Shown here: piece by piece, positions 1 to 11,622 of the stretch | Position numbering within the stretch: position 1 is the stretch's first letter | Layout of the letters: every line of letters begins with the position of its first letter | NCBI RefSeq assembly: GCF_001194135.2 | Contig: NC_068992.1 | Coordinates: 4,789,493-4,853,492 of the forward strand | DNA from: Octopus bimaculoides | Lineage: Eukaryota | Length of the DNA: 64,000 nt | Direction of reading: 5' to 3' | The notes under the pieces: generated by a model | Seen by the model: only the letters and a program-made list of their open reading frames with translations | What the model was told of the DNA's origin: nothing | The model's database searches: none | Position numbers and translations under genes: made by a program

Positions 1-1413
1 TTACCAGAAACACGAGAGATATTAGTCCAAACGGGCACTTTAATACATCATGTACCAAGAAACAATTCCTTTATTTGCAAAAGAGTTATGTGCAAATGCA
101 TTCCAAATGTTCCCACTTGCTGCTCGATTATATTGCATAATGCTAGTAAATGTCGATGCAAATACAAAAAAAAAAGCCAATCACTTCATACAAATACAAT
201 ATACGCTAGCTTGTTTCAACCATTTGTATGGTATGGTATATCACTTTCAAAGAAGTGTCAGGACATACGTCGAGAGCTTTGGATATCATTTATTTTTTTG
301 AAGAATTGTTCATAAAACAGAAACTTTGTTTCGTTCCTGTGTTTAATCACATTATAACTACAGCTTATATTGCTCCCTACTGAGGGAATTTATCGGTTTC
401 CTTTAAACGTTACAGTATAAAACATTGAATGAAATTCATCGGGTTATGCATAGAGATTATATTTTTCAATTACCCATCTTATTTTATTTATCCAGAAGCC
501 CTAATATCTCCTACGCTCAAACCGTTTTCACAACACATGTGAAACATCATTGATTTTCATATAGTGCTGCCATCTCTCTCGTTTCTAAGACAACATTTTA
601 CTTCAATCTCAATATCATTGAGAGGAATGCCTATTTACGTTGTTATATTCATTTATGCATCATGGGTAGCCGTTACGTAATGTCATGTCCATTCCATAGA
701 ATGTATCCTTGAACATTTACCCTTTCCTTTTGCATAATATACGTTAATTTCATTCATTTGCAACTCATAGTCTTGTATTGAAGATATTTGGAGTGAATTC
801 AGTCTCCAATCGTTTTCTCTAAATTAATTTCCTGTGAGTCTTATGGAAATTAAGTTTGTTCAAATTTCGAGTTGCTCTCGTGAGAAGCTGCATCTCAGTG
901 TCGTTAGTTGTATGCATTGTAAATTCCCCCATCTTATCATGTCCAGGATTCTAAGTGACAATTTCACATCGGGGATGAATACTTTAATTATTGTAAAGTA
1001 GTGACTCGCTAGACTATTACATCAGTTCGATAAACTATATCGCATCCATGAACATCATGTGTGGGTAGTCAACAAGATATTACTTTGCCACAACCTTTTT
1101 GAGAGATTGAAAGCTTCTATCCATTTCAGGTTTTATTTTCTTTTTTAAAATCGAAATAACCTACTAATATGTTAATCGTAAACCATACGCAAATCATGTG
1201 CCATAATATGAAACTGCGTAAAATATTGTTCATATAAAAACAATCATTTATTCATACATTATTCGAGTACAATAGTTTGCATGCGCAGATGTTCATAGAA
1301 GTTGCCGAAAAATATGTCCGGAAGCAACTTGTGTACATACATAAGGTGTTTGGTTTTGACATTTTACACGAGTAACTCAGGCATAAAAAAAGTGTTTGAA
1401 ATCTTATCTACGT

Positions 1414-1590
1414 AGGCGTAGGTGTGTGTATGTGGTAAGAAGTTTGCTTCACGACAGCATGCTCCGGATTGAGTCCCACCTCATGGCACTTTGGTCAAGA
1501 GTCTTCTACTATAAACTCGGGTCGTGCGAAGCCTTCTGAGTAGATTTGGTAGACGAGAAATGAAAGGAGCCCGCTGTATAATACGTATAT
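1414..1590 (+). mobile_element. SINE family A: head and core, ending in (TA)n
   Basis: TGTGGTAAGAAGTTTGCTTC...GGCACTTTGGTCAAGAGTCTTCTACTATA...GATTTGGTAGACGAGAAATGAAAGGAGCCCG aligns by eye with copies at 5601, 11184, 25330 (reverse) and 62960. The GGCAC-TTGG-CAAG block resembles the CORE-SINE domain known in octopus OR-type SINEs (recalled, not searched). Confidence 0.8.
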
Positions 1591-2250
1591 ATATATNNNN
1601 NNNNNNNNNNNNNNNCATATATGTATATCACCCCATCCATAATCACGAATAAACGGTAGTCTTTCAACCTAGAAGTTCTCTCTTTTTATACTCATGTGCC
1701 CGCTCTTCCGGCCGTCGATATCATTACGGACCGCATCGCATCTCTCCTTTCGTACCCCATTTCTCCCCCTCTCACCCTTCTCCACCTCCATCACAGTATT
1801 TTTCTATTTCTCCTTCTTTTTCTACACCCCCTTTCTCTTCCACCAAACTTCTCCTTTTTAGACTTACAACCGCGGATATCAATGAACTATTACTCATTAT
1901 AGTAGGTAACACCTACTTTTCAATAGAACGATCAGGTATATAAATATAAAAGGTCTTATTTTCCGTTTGAGTGTACATTTAATGGTTAAATATAAATGTG
2001 CACTGGTTTATTTTCATTATGTTTGCTTAGTCTTCCTTTAAAACACACACACAGAAGGCACATGCACACACATACGAGAGCATATGTGGGTGTGTGTATG
2101 TAGATATACAGATGCATATATATTGGGCCATCCCGTAAATAATGCGTTTTCTAATACTTATATTTTTCAAAATTGAGATCAAAATGCTCTCTTTTAATCT
2201 AAAATATACTCTCCTCCATTTTATACAATGCTCTGCCATCTTTCTGATAG

Positions 2251-2316
2251 ACTTGCAACGCCTTCGTCCAAAGTTCACCCGTCTGCGCAAGAAATGCTCC
2301 TCCAATACTGACGCAG
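2251..2316 (+). other. Candidate isolated 66-nt exon (phase 1-1: DLQRLRPKFTRLRKKCSSNTDA)
   Basis: Acceptor CCATCTTTCTGATAG, donor CAG|GTATTT, GC-richer than flanks, length divisible by 3. No recognisable product. Confidence 0.2.
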
Positions 2317-3715
2317 GTATTTTATCCCGTCCCCCTCCGACTTTTAGTTCATGCCATTGAAAAATCTGCATTATTTATGGGATTACCCAATATAAACGTA
2401 CACGCATACACAAATGCGTATTTATTTCATTTATTTATTTTGTTTCCTTTTTGCATATAAAACATCGGCTATTCTTCGACTTACAAACGATAACTAAAAA
2501 TGTTTCAACAAACTACGAATTCGAGTGCATTGAATTCTTGTTTTTGTTAATATACACTTCGCCCTACTTTTCATCCTTTATCCTTTATCATTACCGACAT
2601 ATCAACGAATAAAGATTAGGCTATTATATTAGTTAATTTTGTTAATTCGAATCTGAAAATGACATTTCCTTTATTCACTAAGAATAAATATCACTCTTAT
2701 GGCTCACTAACTATGTAGGTCACAAACAGTGTAAACAATTTATCAATGTACTAGTATTATATGAAGAATTTTACTGCAAAGATATTAAGTGTGATATTAT
2801 GTTAAATACAATGTGCTTTGCATATTTTGTATCTGAAAAAGTAACTTCTAGCTGCATAAACATTATACCTGAAATCACGCTAAACTGTAATAGAATAGAA
2901 TTCAGATATTTTCAGAATGACTTTGCATACATGAATTCCTAAACAAAGGCAGAATGCCAATACGTATACTTGTACAAAAGCTTTTATTTATGTACAACAA
3001 AGTGTGGAGAATACACACGTATATATATATATATATATATATATATATNNNNNNNNNNNNNNNNNNNNNNNNNNNNNNNNNNNNNNNNNNNNNNNNNNNN
3101 NNNNNNNNNNNNNNNNNNNNNNNNNNNNNNNNNNNNNNNNNNNNNNNNNNNNNNNNNNNNNNNNNNNNNNNNNNNNNNNNNNNNNNNNNNNNNNNNNNNN
3201 NNNNNNNNNNNNNNNNNNNNNNNNNNNNNNNNNNNNNNNNNNNNNNNNNNNNNNNNNNNNNNNNNNNNNNNNNNNNNNNNNNNNNNNNNNNNNNNNNNNN
3301 NNNNNNNNNNNNNNNNNNNNNNNNNNNNNNNNNNNNNNNNNNNNNNNNNNNNNNNNNNNNNNNNNNNNNNNNNNNNNNNNNNNNNNNNNNNNNNNNNNNN
3401 NNNNNNNNNNNNNNNNNNNNNNNNNNNNNNNNNNNNNNNNNNNNNNNNNNNNNNNNNNNNNNNNNNNNNNNNNNNNNNNNNNNNNNNNNNNNNNNNNNNN
3501 NNNNNNNNNNNNNNNNNNNNNNNNNNNNNNNNNNNNNNNNNNNNNNNNNNNNNNNNNNNNNNNNNNNNNNNNNNNNNNNNNNNNNNNNNNNNNNNNNNNN
3601 NNNNNNNNNNNNNNNNNNNNNNNNNNNNNNNNNNNNNNNNNNNNNNNNNNNNNNNNNNNNNNNNNNNNNNNNNNNNNNNNNNNNNNNNNNNNNGACACAC
3701 ACGAACGCACGCACG

Positions 3716-3769
<54 letters not shown>

Positions 3770-5600
3770 ATAGAACATTTCTATCATCTTTTGAATTAGG
3801 TTTTTGTGTGAGCAAATTATACGATGCAATTTCAACCTGAAGAATGCGATATCATTTTAAGTAAGGGAGTGTTATTACGCGCCGGATTAAAGGAGTCAGC
3901 TGAAGTTTTCCTCGAATCCTCTATAAACCAGGCTATCAATAAAGGGCATTGGGAGTGCCAAAACTATTATTAAAAAAAAATTCTAAACATTCTACTAATA
4001 TATAACATTTCCTTTGTTAAATGTACCGACTTTCTTCCTTACTATCATATATTTCCTCTTTCTAAAAAATATTTTTCCCTTCATCATATGCAGCATTACG
4101 TAGTGTATATATTCAGTTTTAATATGTCCACGATTTACTGATAAAATAACTTGAGAAGAAAGTCTAATAAGTCTAATCTTATTCATCGCCACGCTTCTAG
4201 TGAACGCTACGTCGCGTTTGTCAGTGTCCTAGTATATTGATTTTTACAAACAACTCTATTTGAAGTATGTTTCTAAACGAAAAAGGAAAAAAAATCTCCG
4301 TGAAGATTTATAAACTTCTGCACAACTAATCCTATAGATGCGATTTTAGGTATTGTTATTTGTATCAACCACTTTTGTATTTTTGTTTACCTTTCTGCTT
4401 ATGGTAGTGATTCATTCGGCAACTGTAAAGATTGATAAATACATTCAAGGTTTTCAATAGAACAATGAAACAAACATGACAAGTATTCGATAAGTATTCA
4501 GCCATCGTAATGATAAAAGTAATCTGGAAATGTTTTATATAGACATTGTTTTGGAAATCGAGGTCAATCAATTGAGGTAGTACTGTTCTATTGTTATTAG
4601 CATAGGTAAAATCTGGAAGTATTACAACATATATCAAATCCTGTACTATTCCGATACACTGTCAATTTAAGACCGTAATACAAAAATAAAAATAACATAA
4701 AATTTTCTCTAACTGCGCATTTCCCCTTTGGCAGCCTCTCAAGTGAGTGAAAATTTAAGATAATATTATTCTTCATATCTAACTTTGTATCTTTGTGTCT
4801 GTGTCTCAGACGACCCCTTTTTGTCTCTCTCCCTATCTTTACATTATATAATGGATGTTTTATTTTTTATGAAATTATGTTTATACAATTATCTTTCCTT
4901 ATAGCGTACTTTTTCTTATAACTCACTTTTCATTGATTCCATCGTATTTTTCATTGACTTAACTCTGTTTCTACTTTATTGTTATCTTATACTCATTTTA
5001 CATCCCACACCGCGCTATTACTATTTTTTTCCCTTGATATTATCTTATATAAGTTCGTTCATCATTGCCTTTTTTTATGTCTGCAACTCCCCTTTGCTAA
5101 TATTTTATCCAGATTGTTTTCTCTCCTGGATGACCTTCTTTCTTCACATCATTTGCATCCATATATACATATATATATATNNNNNNNNNNNNNNNNNNNN
5201 NNNNNNNNNNNNNNNNNNNNNNNNNNNNNNNNNNNNNNNNNNNNNNNNNNNNNNNNNNNNNNNNNNNNNNNNNNNNNNNNNNNNNNNNNNNNNNNNNNNN
5301 NNNNNNNNNNNNNNNNNNNNNNNNNNNNNNNNNNNNNNNNNNNNNNNNNNNNNNNNNNNNNNNNNNNNNNNNNNNNNNNNNNNNNNNNNNNNNNNNNNNN
5401 NNNNNNNNNNNNNNNNNNNNNNNNNNNNNNNNNNNNNNNNNNNNNNNNNNNNNNNNNNNNNNNNNNNNNNNNNNNNNNNNNNNNNNNNNNNNNNNNNNNN
5501 NNNNNNNNNNNNNNNNNNNNNNNNCACGGACAGACACACAGAGACAAACACAGACACAGACACAAACATATACAAACATATGTATTTATATAATAAAGTT

Positions 5601-5678
5601 AGGTGTTTGTACTACAGCCTCGGGCCGACTAGGGCTGCGTCAGTGGATTTGATGGATAGAAGCTGAAAAGACCCCGTC

Positions 5679-5710
<32 letters not shown>
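5601..5710 (+). mobile_element. SINE family A core fragment plus (TA)n
   Basis: ACTACAGCCTCGGGCCGAC...GTGGATTTGATGGATAGAAGCTGAAAAGACCCCGTCGTGTATA matches the copies at 1505-1580 and 11270-11340. Confidence 0.75.
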
Positions 5711-5716
<6 letters not shown>

Positions 5717-7129
5717 GTAGGATATAGTAGAAACATCTGACTTTATTATATAAATACATGTGTGTCTGCCTGTGTGTCTGTGTGTCTGTGTCTGTGTTTG
5801 TCTGTGTATATCTGTCTGTCTGTCTGTCTGTCTGTCTTTGTGTACGTGTGTGTATGTGAGAGAGACGTGTGTACGTATATGCAGGATTTCATTTGGAAAA
5901 AACTGTATTTCGCAACATAATATTTGATTGAAAAGATTCATGAGATTAAATTATGACTAAAAACATACATTTCCCCGTTTTATTAAAGAAAACACATCTT
6001 ACGCTAAATTTGCCTTACTTCTCTTAAAGTCAATGTTTTCTTGTAATTTGCATTAAAGCGATAATCTATAACAAATCTAAGCTCAGTTGCAACTCAAACT
6101 GTTTATAACAGTCCGCCATTACAGTTAAAGTATTATTTTCAATCATCGCTTTAAAAGTAAATTATATATGGTATGTTACTGAAAAAAGAAATACCTTAGT
6201 TTCAAATGGAACAAGAAAGAAAATTTAAATCAATTTAGGAGACAATTTATTCAATTTATAACAAAACACTTTCAATTTTATATTAGATTTCACATTTTTT
6301 TTTCTACTTAAAAAATATATTATAATAGTTTCAAAACGGAATATTTTATATAATTCCGAATACATTTGAGAAATATGATAAAAAAGGAAAAAGAAAACGC
6401 TTGTGAGAATATTTTATTAAACCGTATTCCAAACACAGAAATGTATACAAATAAACATGCAATCAATAATGGATAGCCTATAGCAGCACTTTTCTGAGGA
6501 AACGAAAAGGCAACTACAAAAGTTGTGTTACTAAGTGGATATAGAAATACAACTGTTTTGTTTGAATTTTTCTAAAAAAAGAAAAAAACGCAATCCCGCA
6601 GATATTCGATTCTAAATTGCATGCTTTCCATTGGAAAAATTATCCACGATGCAGATTCTCTCTTAACAAAAATAGTGAATAAACTAAATAAACAGGAATC
6701 AAAATTACTAAACGTCTAACAAATTCAATTATTGCTGTTAAGGCAATTTTCAGCTCTCGGCTCTCGTTAATATCTCACAGCAAATCACTTAGAAAATAAA
6801 AATGACGAAAATGTTATATTAATGCGGCTGATCTATATGTCATAGAACATATTTACAATGTATCATATTTAATGAATTATTTTTTTAATTATGAATTATT
6901 CTCTCATGATAAGACAAATATTGGTGACGTACAATTTTCATAAAAAGAGGTGCTGTGAAACAACGATTTTTAGGAAACCAATAATGCTATTGACAATACC
7001 TAGAACACATAGTTTTAAAAGGCACAATTTCCAGTTACTATCTTTTAAGCTGTATACACACACATAAACACACACACACATACACAGACTAGCGGGCAGA
7101 CACCACGTGCAAAGGCGTACAAGTCTTTT

Positions 7130-7205
7130 ATTGTACTTTTAATTGATTCAGTGAAAGTGCACCGCTTTGAATGGCTTAGAGGATTAAATCAACCTCAGAA
7201 TTTAT
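7130..7205 (-). mobile_element. Degenerate SINE family B fragment
   Basis: GTACTTTTAATTGATTCAGTGAAAG...AAATCAACCTCAGAATTTT weakly resembles 16730-16790. Confidence 0.35.
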
Positions 7206-7229
7206 TTTTACGATTTTAACTCATTATAT

Positions 7230-7395
7230 CGTCATTTTTTTACCGAACACCCAATTAGGAGCAATTAAATAACCGAACACTGCTTGTCTGTTAAGCGATG
7301 GCAGGGTGACAAACACAGGCACAAAACCATACACATACATGTATACATATACACGGGTCACATATATGATCGACCTCAGGCTACAGGAGGAGACG
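7230..7395 (-). mobile_element. SINE family A fragment (tail, internal microsatellite, part of core)
   Basis: GTTAAGCGATGGCAGGGTGACAAACACAGGCAC and TCGACCTCAGGCTACAGGAGGAGAC are reverse complements of blocks in the 11184-11622 copy. Confidence 0.6.
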
Positions 7396-9689
7396 GCTAT
7401 ATATATATACATATGTAACGGATTAGTCACTGTTTAGTTACGTATTTAGGAGTTAGTTGTAACATTATTATTGAATTGTTTACCTATACGTTTGTACATA
7501 GGATGTGTTTGAAAGTTGTGTTTTGTTTGGCTTGTTTGTTCCCAAACAACACTTATTTTCGTGCTGTTGACACCGCCGGATTGAATGGTGTCGAAAGCAT
7601 GATGATATCCGTGGATTAGCTGATGATGGACGTATGTCGGACTGTTGGTATGGCTTTGGAATAGTTTTATAACACATTCTTTTGATATATATAGATACAT
7701 AGTACATACATACACACTTATATATNNNNNNNNNNNNNNNNNNNNNNNNNNNNNNNNNNNNNNNNNNNNNNNNNNNNNNNNNNNNNNNNNNNNNNNNNNN
7801 NNNNNNNNNNNNNNNNNNNNNNNNNNNNNNNNNNNNNNNNNNNNNNNNNNNNNNNNNNNNNNNNNNNNNNNNNNNNNNNNNNNNNNNNNNNNNNNNNNNN
7901 NNNNNNNNNNNNNNNNNNNNNNNNNNNNNNNNNNNNNNNNNNNNNNNNNNNNNNNNNNNNNNNNNNNNNNNNNNNNNNNNNNNNNNNNNNNNNNNNNNNN
8001 NNNNNNNNNNNNNNNNNNNNNNNNNNNNNNNNNNNNNNNNNNNNNNNNNNNNNNNNNNNNNNNNNNNNNNNNNNNNNNNNNNNNNNNNNNNNNNNNNNNN
8101 NNNNNNNNNNNNNNNNNNNNNNNNNNNNNNNNNNNNNNNNNNNNNNNNNNNNNNNNNNNNNNNNNNNNNNNNNNNNNNNNNNNNNNNNNNNNNNNNNNNN
8201 NNNNNNNNNNNNNNNNNNNNNNNNNNNNNNNNNNNNNNNNNNNNNNNNNNNNNNNNNNNNNNNNNNNNNNNNNNNNNNNNNNNNNNNNNNNNNNNNNNNN
8301 NNNNNNNNNNNNNNNNNNNNNNNNNNNNNNNNNNNNNNNNNNNNNNNNNNNNNNNNNNNNNNNNNNNNNNNNNNNNNNNNNNNNNNNNNNNNNNNNNNNN
8401 NNNNNNNNNNNNNNNNNNNNNNNNNNNNNNNNNNNNNNNNNNNNNNNACTAGGAAAATAGAAAATATAAAATCAAAATTGTTTCTTGCGTCTATAAAGTG
8501 TTTTGAATTACATCTTCTCCACTGATATTAAAATTTTTGCTATTAAAATTAATATCACAAAGATAAATACTCTAATTTGATGCAAACGTGCGCTATTTCA
8601 ATATCTGATAATCTTTGGCATGGAGGTGAGATCACATATTACTGCGTAAATTTTGCTCTACCCAAAGTATTAATCAATTTGGGAAGCTATATAAATCTAA
8701 TATGAGAATGCAACATCCTAATGTTCACACATCTCATATTGTTGCGTTTGCATTGCATGTTGCCCATACACAAATATGCTCCGTCTCACCCACACCTTAC
8801 AGCGATTTCATTGGTAAATAAGAGACGCAAAACTCTGCAAATATTATCTCATCGAAGCGTAAATTTACTTAATGTAAGGCGTATGGAAGATTAGGATTTG
8901 CCTTCTGGGCCAGAAAATATACAAACGTTATTAGTTGCTTAGTTGCTGACGTTCTACAAAGGGTATGAGATATCCAAGTATCTTTGTACATACAAACAAA
9001 CAAATATCCGTACATGTTTACACACATGATTACATGCATACGTACATATATATGTATATATATATATATATATATATANNNNNNNNNNGAGATAGAGAGA
9101 TGCATAAAATAATATATTCATATCTGTGTGTACATGTGTACATGTATATTGGGTACTCCGGTTTCTGACATGCAAAATGATATCTGAAATAAATGTCTAG
9201 TCTGTTCGAAAGATTGTATAGCATTCACACGGGAATAAACTTTCAACTACTCATTCATAATCACGTACATTTTCTCCCGCTCTGCATTTATTTGTACAAC
9301 AATATAATATATTACTCTGAGCTAAAATGCTGCATAGCCTCATTTATTTACGTTTATCGAATGCAATCGGAACTTTTTAGTCTCGCAATTACGTTTGAGT
9401 GCCATCCAGATTTACCCAAGATAGCCACGGTGAGAAATTTTAATTAATTCTAGTGTATTATGGATGCATGGTAGATTTGCAGCCGGGAAATAGAATAATT
9501 CTTTAGTTTAGTTGAATTTCCAACCAGATGAAGAAAGATGAAACTAAATTCTGCAAAGCATATAGTCAACTGCTCTGCTGTTTTGATGTAGTAAGTATTA
9601 CAACATCAAGTATTGATTTCTCTCAATAGGCAGTAGAATTATATATTGGAGAAAAGGGCTTAGAATTGCTAATTCAGTAGCAATATATT

Positions 9690-9790
9690 TGTGAACATCC
9701 TTTTATTGATCCTAATGTGAGAAAAGCTGGTATCCAACCGAGACGTGAAAGCAGAACATAGCAGAACGCAGCTAAATGCTTGAATGCTTA
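9690..9790 (-). mobile_element. Degenerate SINE family B fragment
   Basis: TTTTATTGATCC...AAAGCAGAACATAGCAGAACGCAGCTAAATGC follows the block order of the 16650-16859 copy. Confidence 0.35.
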
Positions 9791-9889
9791 TATTCAAATG
9801 TTTTATTGCACCGGTTATCTCTACGGATTTTAATAGATTCATTATCAATATGTGTTACTTACTGACGAGGTGGAGATTGTTGAGCTAGT

Positions 9890-10620
9890 AGTGAATCACA
9901 CCAACTGCATTGTGTTGCTTCTTCATTGAGACTGCGTTAAGCTTCCTCATATTTATGCGCATATTAATGACGTTAATTATATTTAAGTCATATGTAATCA
10001 AGCATAGCTATCTTCGAAATCATTCCGCTGCAATTAGTCCATCTACTTTTCCATCAGCACATCATTATCCATTGTGCTTTCATATTTTTAAAGATTATAA
10101 TGCGATGTGATGCAGATTTGAGTAGTGTTTTAGTTGTTGAAAGAACAATTTCGGAGATCGACTTCTGTCCTTGTAGTATATTGATATATATCGTATTGAT
10201 GCCCTTTTTGTCTCTTCAGCACGGTATGTATTGTGTATAGGATGCAGTAGTCTAGAACGATTTTACTTAGTGTATGTTCAACGCATCAGTTTTTCTAAAT
10301 TTAGATCAACTATACTCAGCTGCCGTATTAGCTGCTTAATACTTGTAGCTTATACAAGAAATACAGCTATGAGACTGGCACGAATGTTATCGATCAGTTT
10401 CGCAGAGAGAATGGAGATTTTAAAACTGTTTTTTTCGATAGTACTTCTGATGCCCAGTATTTGCTGGAACCAAAAGGCTGCGTGGGAGTTAAGTATGGCA
10501 GATTCGATTAAAATAGTCATTGTTCGAGTTGTTAAACTACACTGGCTACGTAGGACTGGACATGGACTGCAAGACAGAAAATAAGACATTAATGATCCAG
10601 TGTATGGATTTCATCAGGGC
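9890..10620 (-). mobile_element. Highly decayed RTE-type LINE reverse transcriptase remnant
   Basis: Minus-strand translation across stops and frameshifts gives RT-like motifs in the correct order: RSTIEKNSFKISILSAKL...LIAVF (cf. RSTxEQIFxLRILxEK...LxxVF), LQG.../SPKLF (cf. QGxxLSPxLF), CADGKVDGLIAAE (cf. FADDIDGLAGxE) and MRINMRK (cf. GMEINxxK). Confidence 0.5.
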
Positions 10621-10780
10621 CGTATTCATCAGCACTGATGTGTAATTGTGATGTAGTTAAAACGCAATCTATTCCAGCAAGAACCGAATGAGCAAAGTAA
10701 GGCTAGATAAAAAAGCAAAATGTATTATATCAAACTGTCCGCTGCAGATAGATCCAAAAGTTCAACCCATAATATAATAG

Positions 10781-10860
10781 AAGAAGAAGAAGAAGAAGAA
10801 GAAGAAGAAGAAGAAGAAGAAGAAGAAGAAGAAGAAGGAGGAGGAGGAGGAGGAGGATGA
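10781..10860 (+). repeat. (GAA)n grading into (GGA)n microsatellite
   Basis: Directly visible. Confidence 0.97.
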
Positions 10861-10885
10861 AGGCAGAAGAGTATGTTAATCTATA

Positions 10886-10937
10886 CATTGTGTTAACAAA
10901 AAAGACGCGGACAAATATCCGTGAAATATAAGTAATG
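10886..10937 (+). mobile_element. Tail fragment of the tRNA-head/hammerhead-like repeat seen at 54040-54310
   Basis: TTAACAAAAAAGACGCGGACAAATATCCGTGAAATATAAGTAAT aligns with the reverse complement of 54066-54113 (TTAACAACAAACAAGATGAAGAGAAATATCTGTGAAATGTAAATAAT). Confidence 0.6.
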
Positions 10938-11183
10938 AAAATAGAACTTCAGTGACATTAACTTCAGCTATTCCTTCTTCGATAATGTACCATATTTTGT
11001 GACACTTGCGTGAAAAAAAAAGGTAGGTAAAGGAATTCTCTTCATTAGCAAGAAACCGATTAGTGATGTGAAACACCAGTTCATTGCTACAAACTTCAAA
11101 GCATATTACTACGTGTAAAGCATCCACATGCACACACACACACACACACACACACACACCACCTATATTTCTATAGTGTATAT

Positions 11184-11622
11184 AGGCCCAGGCCGACTGT
11201 GTGTGAAGAAGCTTGCTTCCCAACAACATGGTTCCGGGTACAGTCCCACTGCGTGGCACCTGTTTTAGTACAGCCTCGGGCCGACCGAAGCCTTATGAGT
11301 GTATTTGCTAGACGGAGATTCAAAGAAGTCCGTTGTATATAAATATATATTTATATATGTATATATATATTTATGAATGTATGTGTTTTCCACACCACCA
11401 CCACCACCACTACCACCACCACCACTACCACCACCACCACCATCGCTTGACACCCGATGTTGTTGTATGTACGTCCCTGTAACATAGCAGTTCGGCAATA
11501 GAGATAAAATAAACATTAGGCTAAACGGAATGAGTCCTGGGGTGGCGAGTTCTTCGACTAAAATTCCATTAATGCGCTGTTCCAGCATGGCCGCAGTCAA
11601 ATGGCTGAAACAAGTAAAAGAA
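11184..11622 (+). mobile_element. Near full-length SINE family A: head/core, internal (TA)/(ACC)n tract, tail
   Basis: Head GAAGAAGCTTGCTTCCCAACAACATGGTTCCGGGTACAGTCCCACTGCGTGGCACC, core to 11340, microsatellite 11340-11442, tail CATCGCTTGACACC...GCATGGCCGCAGTCAAATGGCTGAAACAAGTAAAAGAAT. The same architecture appears in reverse at 24917-25446. Confidence 0.85.

Noticed and set aside
1862-1905. Plus-strand exon after a long polypyrimidine tract
   Set aside because: The 1640-1920 block looks like a dispersed repeat continuing from the SINE and gap; two of three frames stop, so it is not supportable.
7570-7650. Hammerhead-like strings (CTGTTGACACC...GGTGTCGAAAG and CTGATGATGGACGTATGTCGGAC)
   Set aside because: Core and GAAA cannot both be placed around stem II in either string, and there is no helix I/III.
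10220-10223. 4-nt plus-strand micro-exon (TCTCTTCAG|CACG|GTATGT)
   Set aside because: It lies inside the RTE remnant on the opposite strand and is not frame-preserving.
10231-10584. 117-aa plus ORF with an apparent signal-like segment, first read as an RTE 3' end with a (GAA)n tail
   Set aside because: The minus strand gives four ordered RT motifs, so this ORF is antisense debris and the (GAA)n is not the element's tail.
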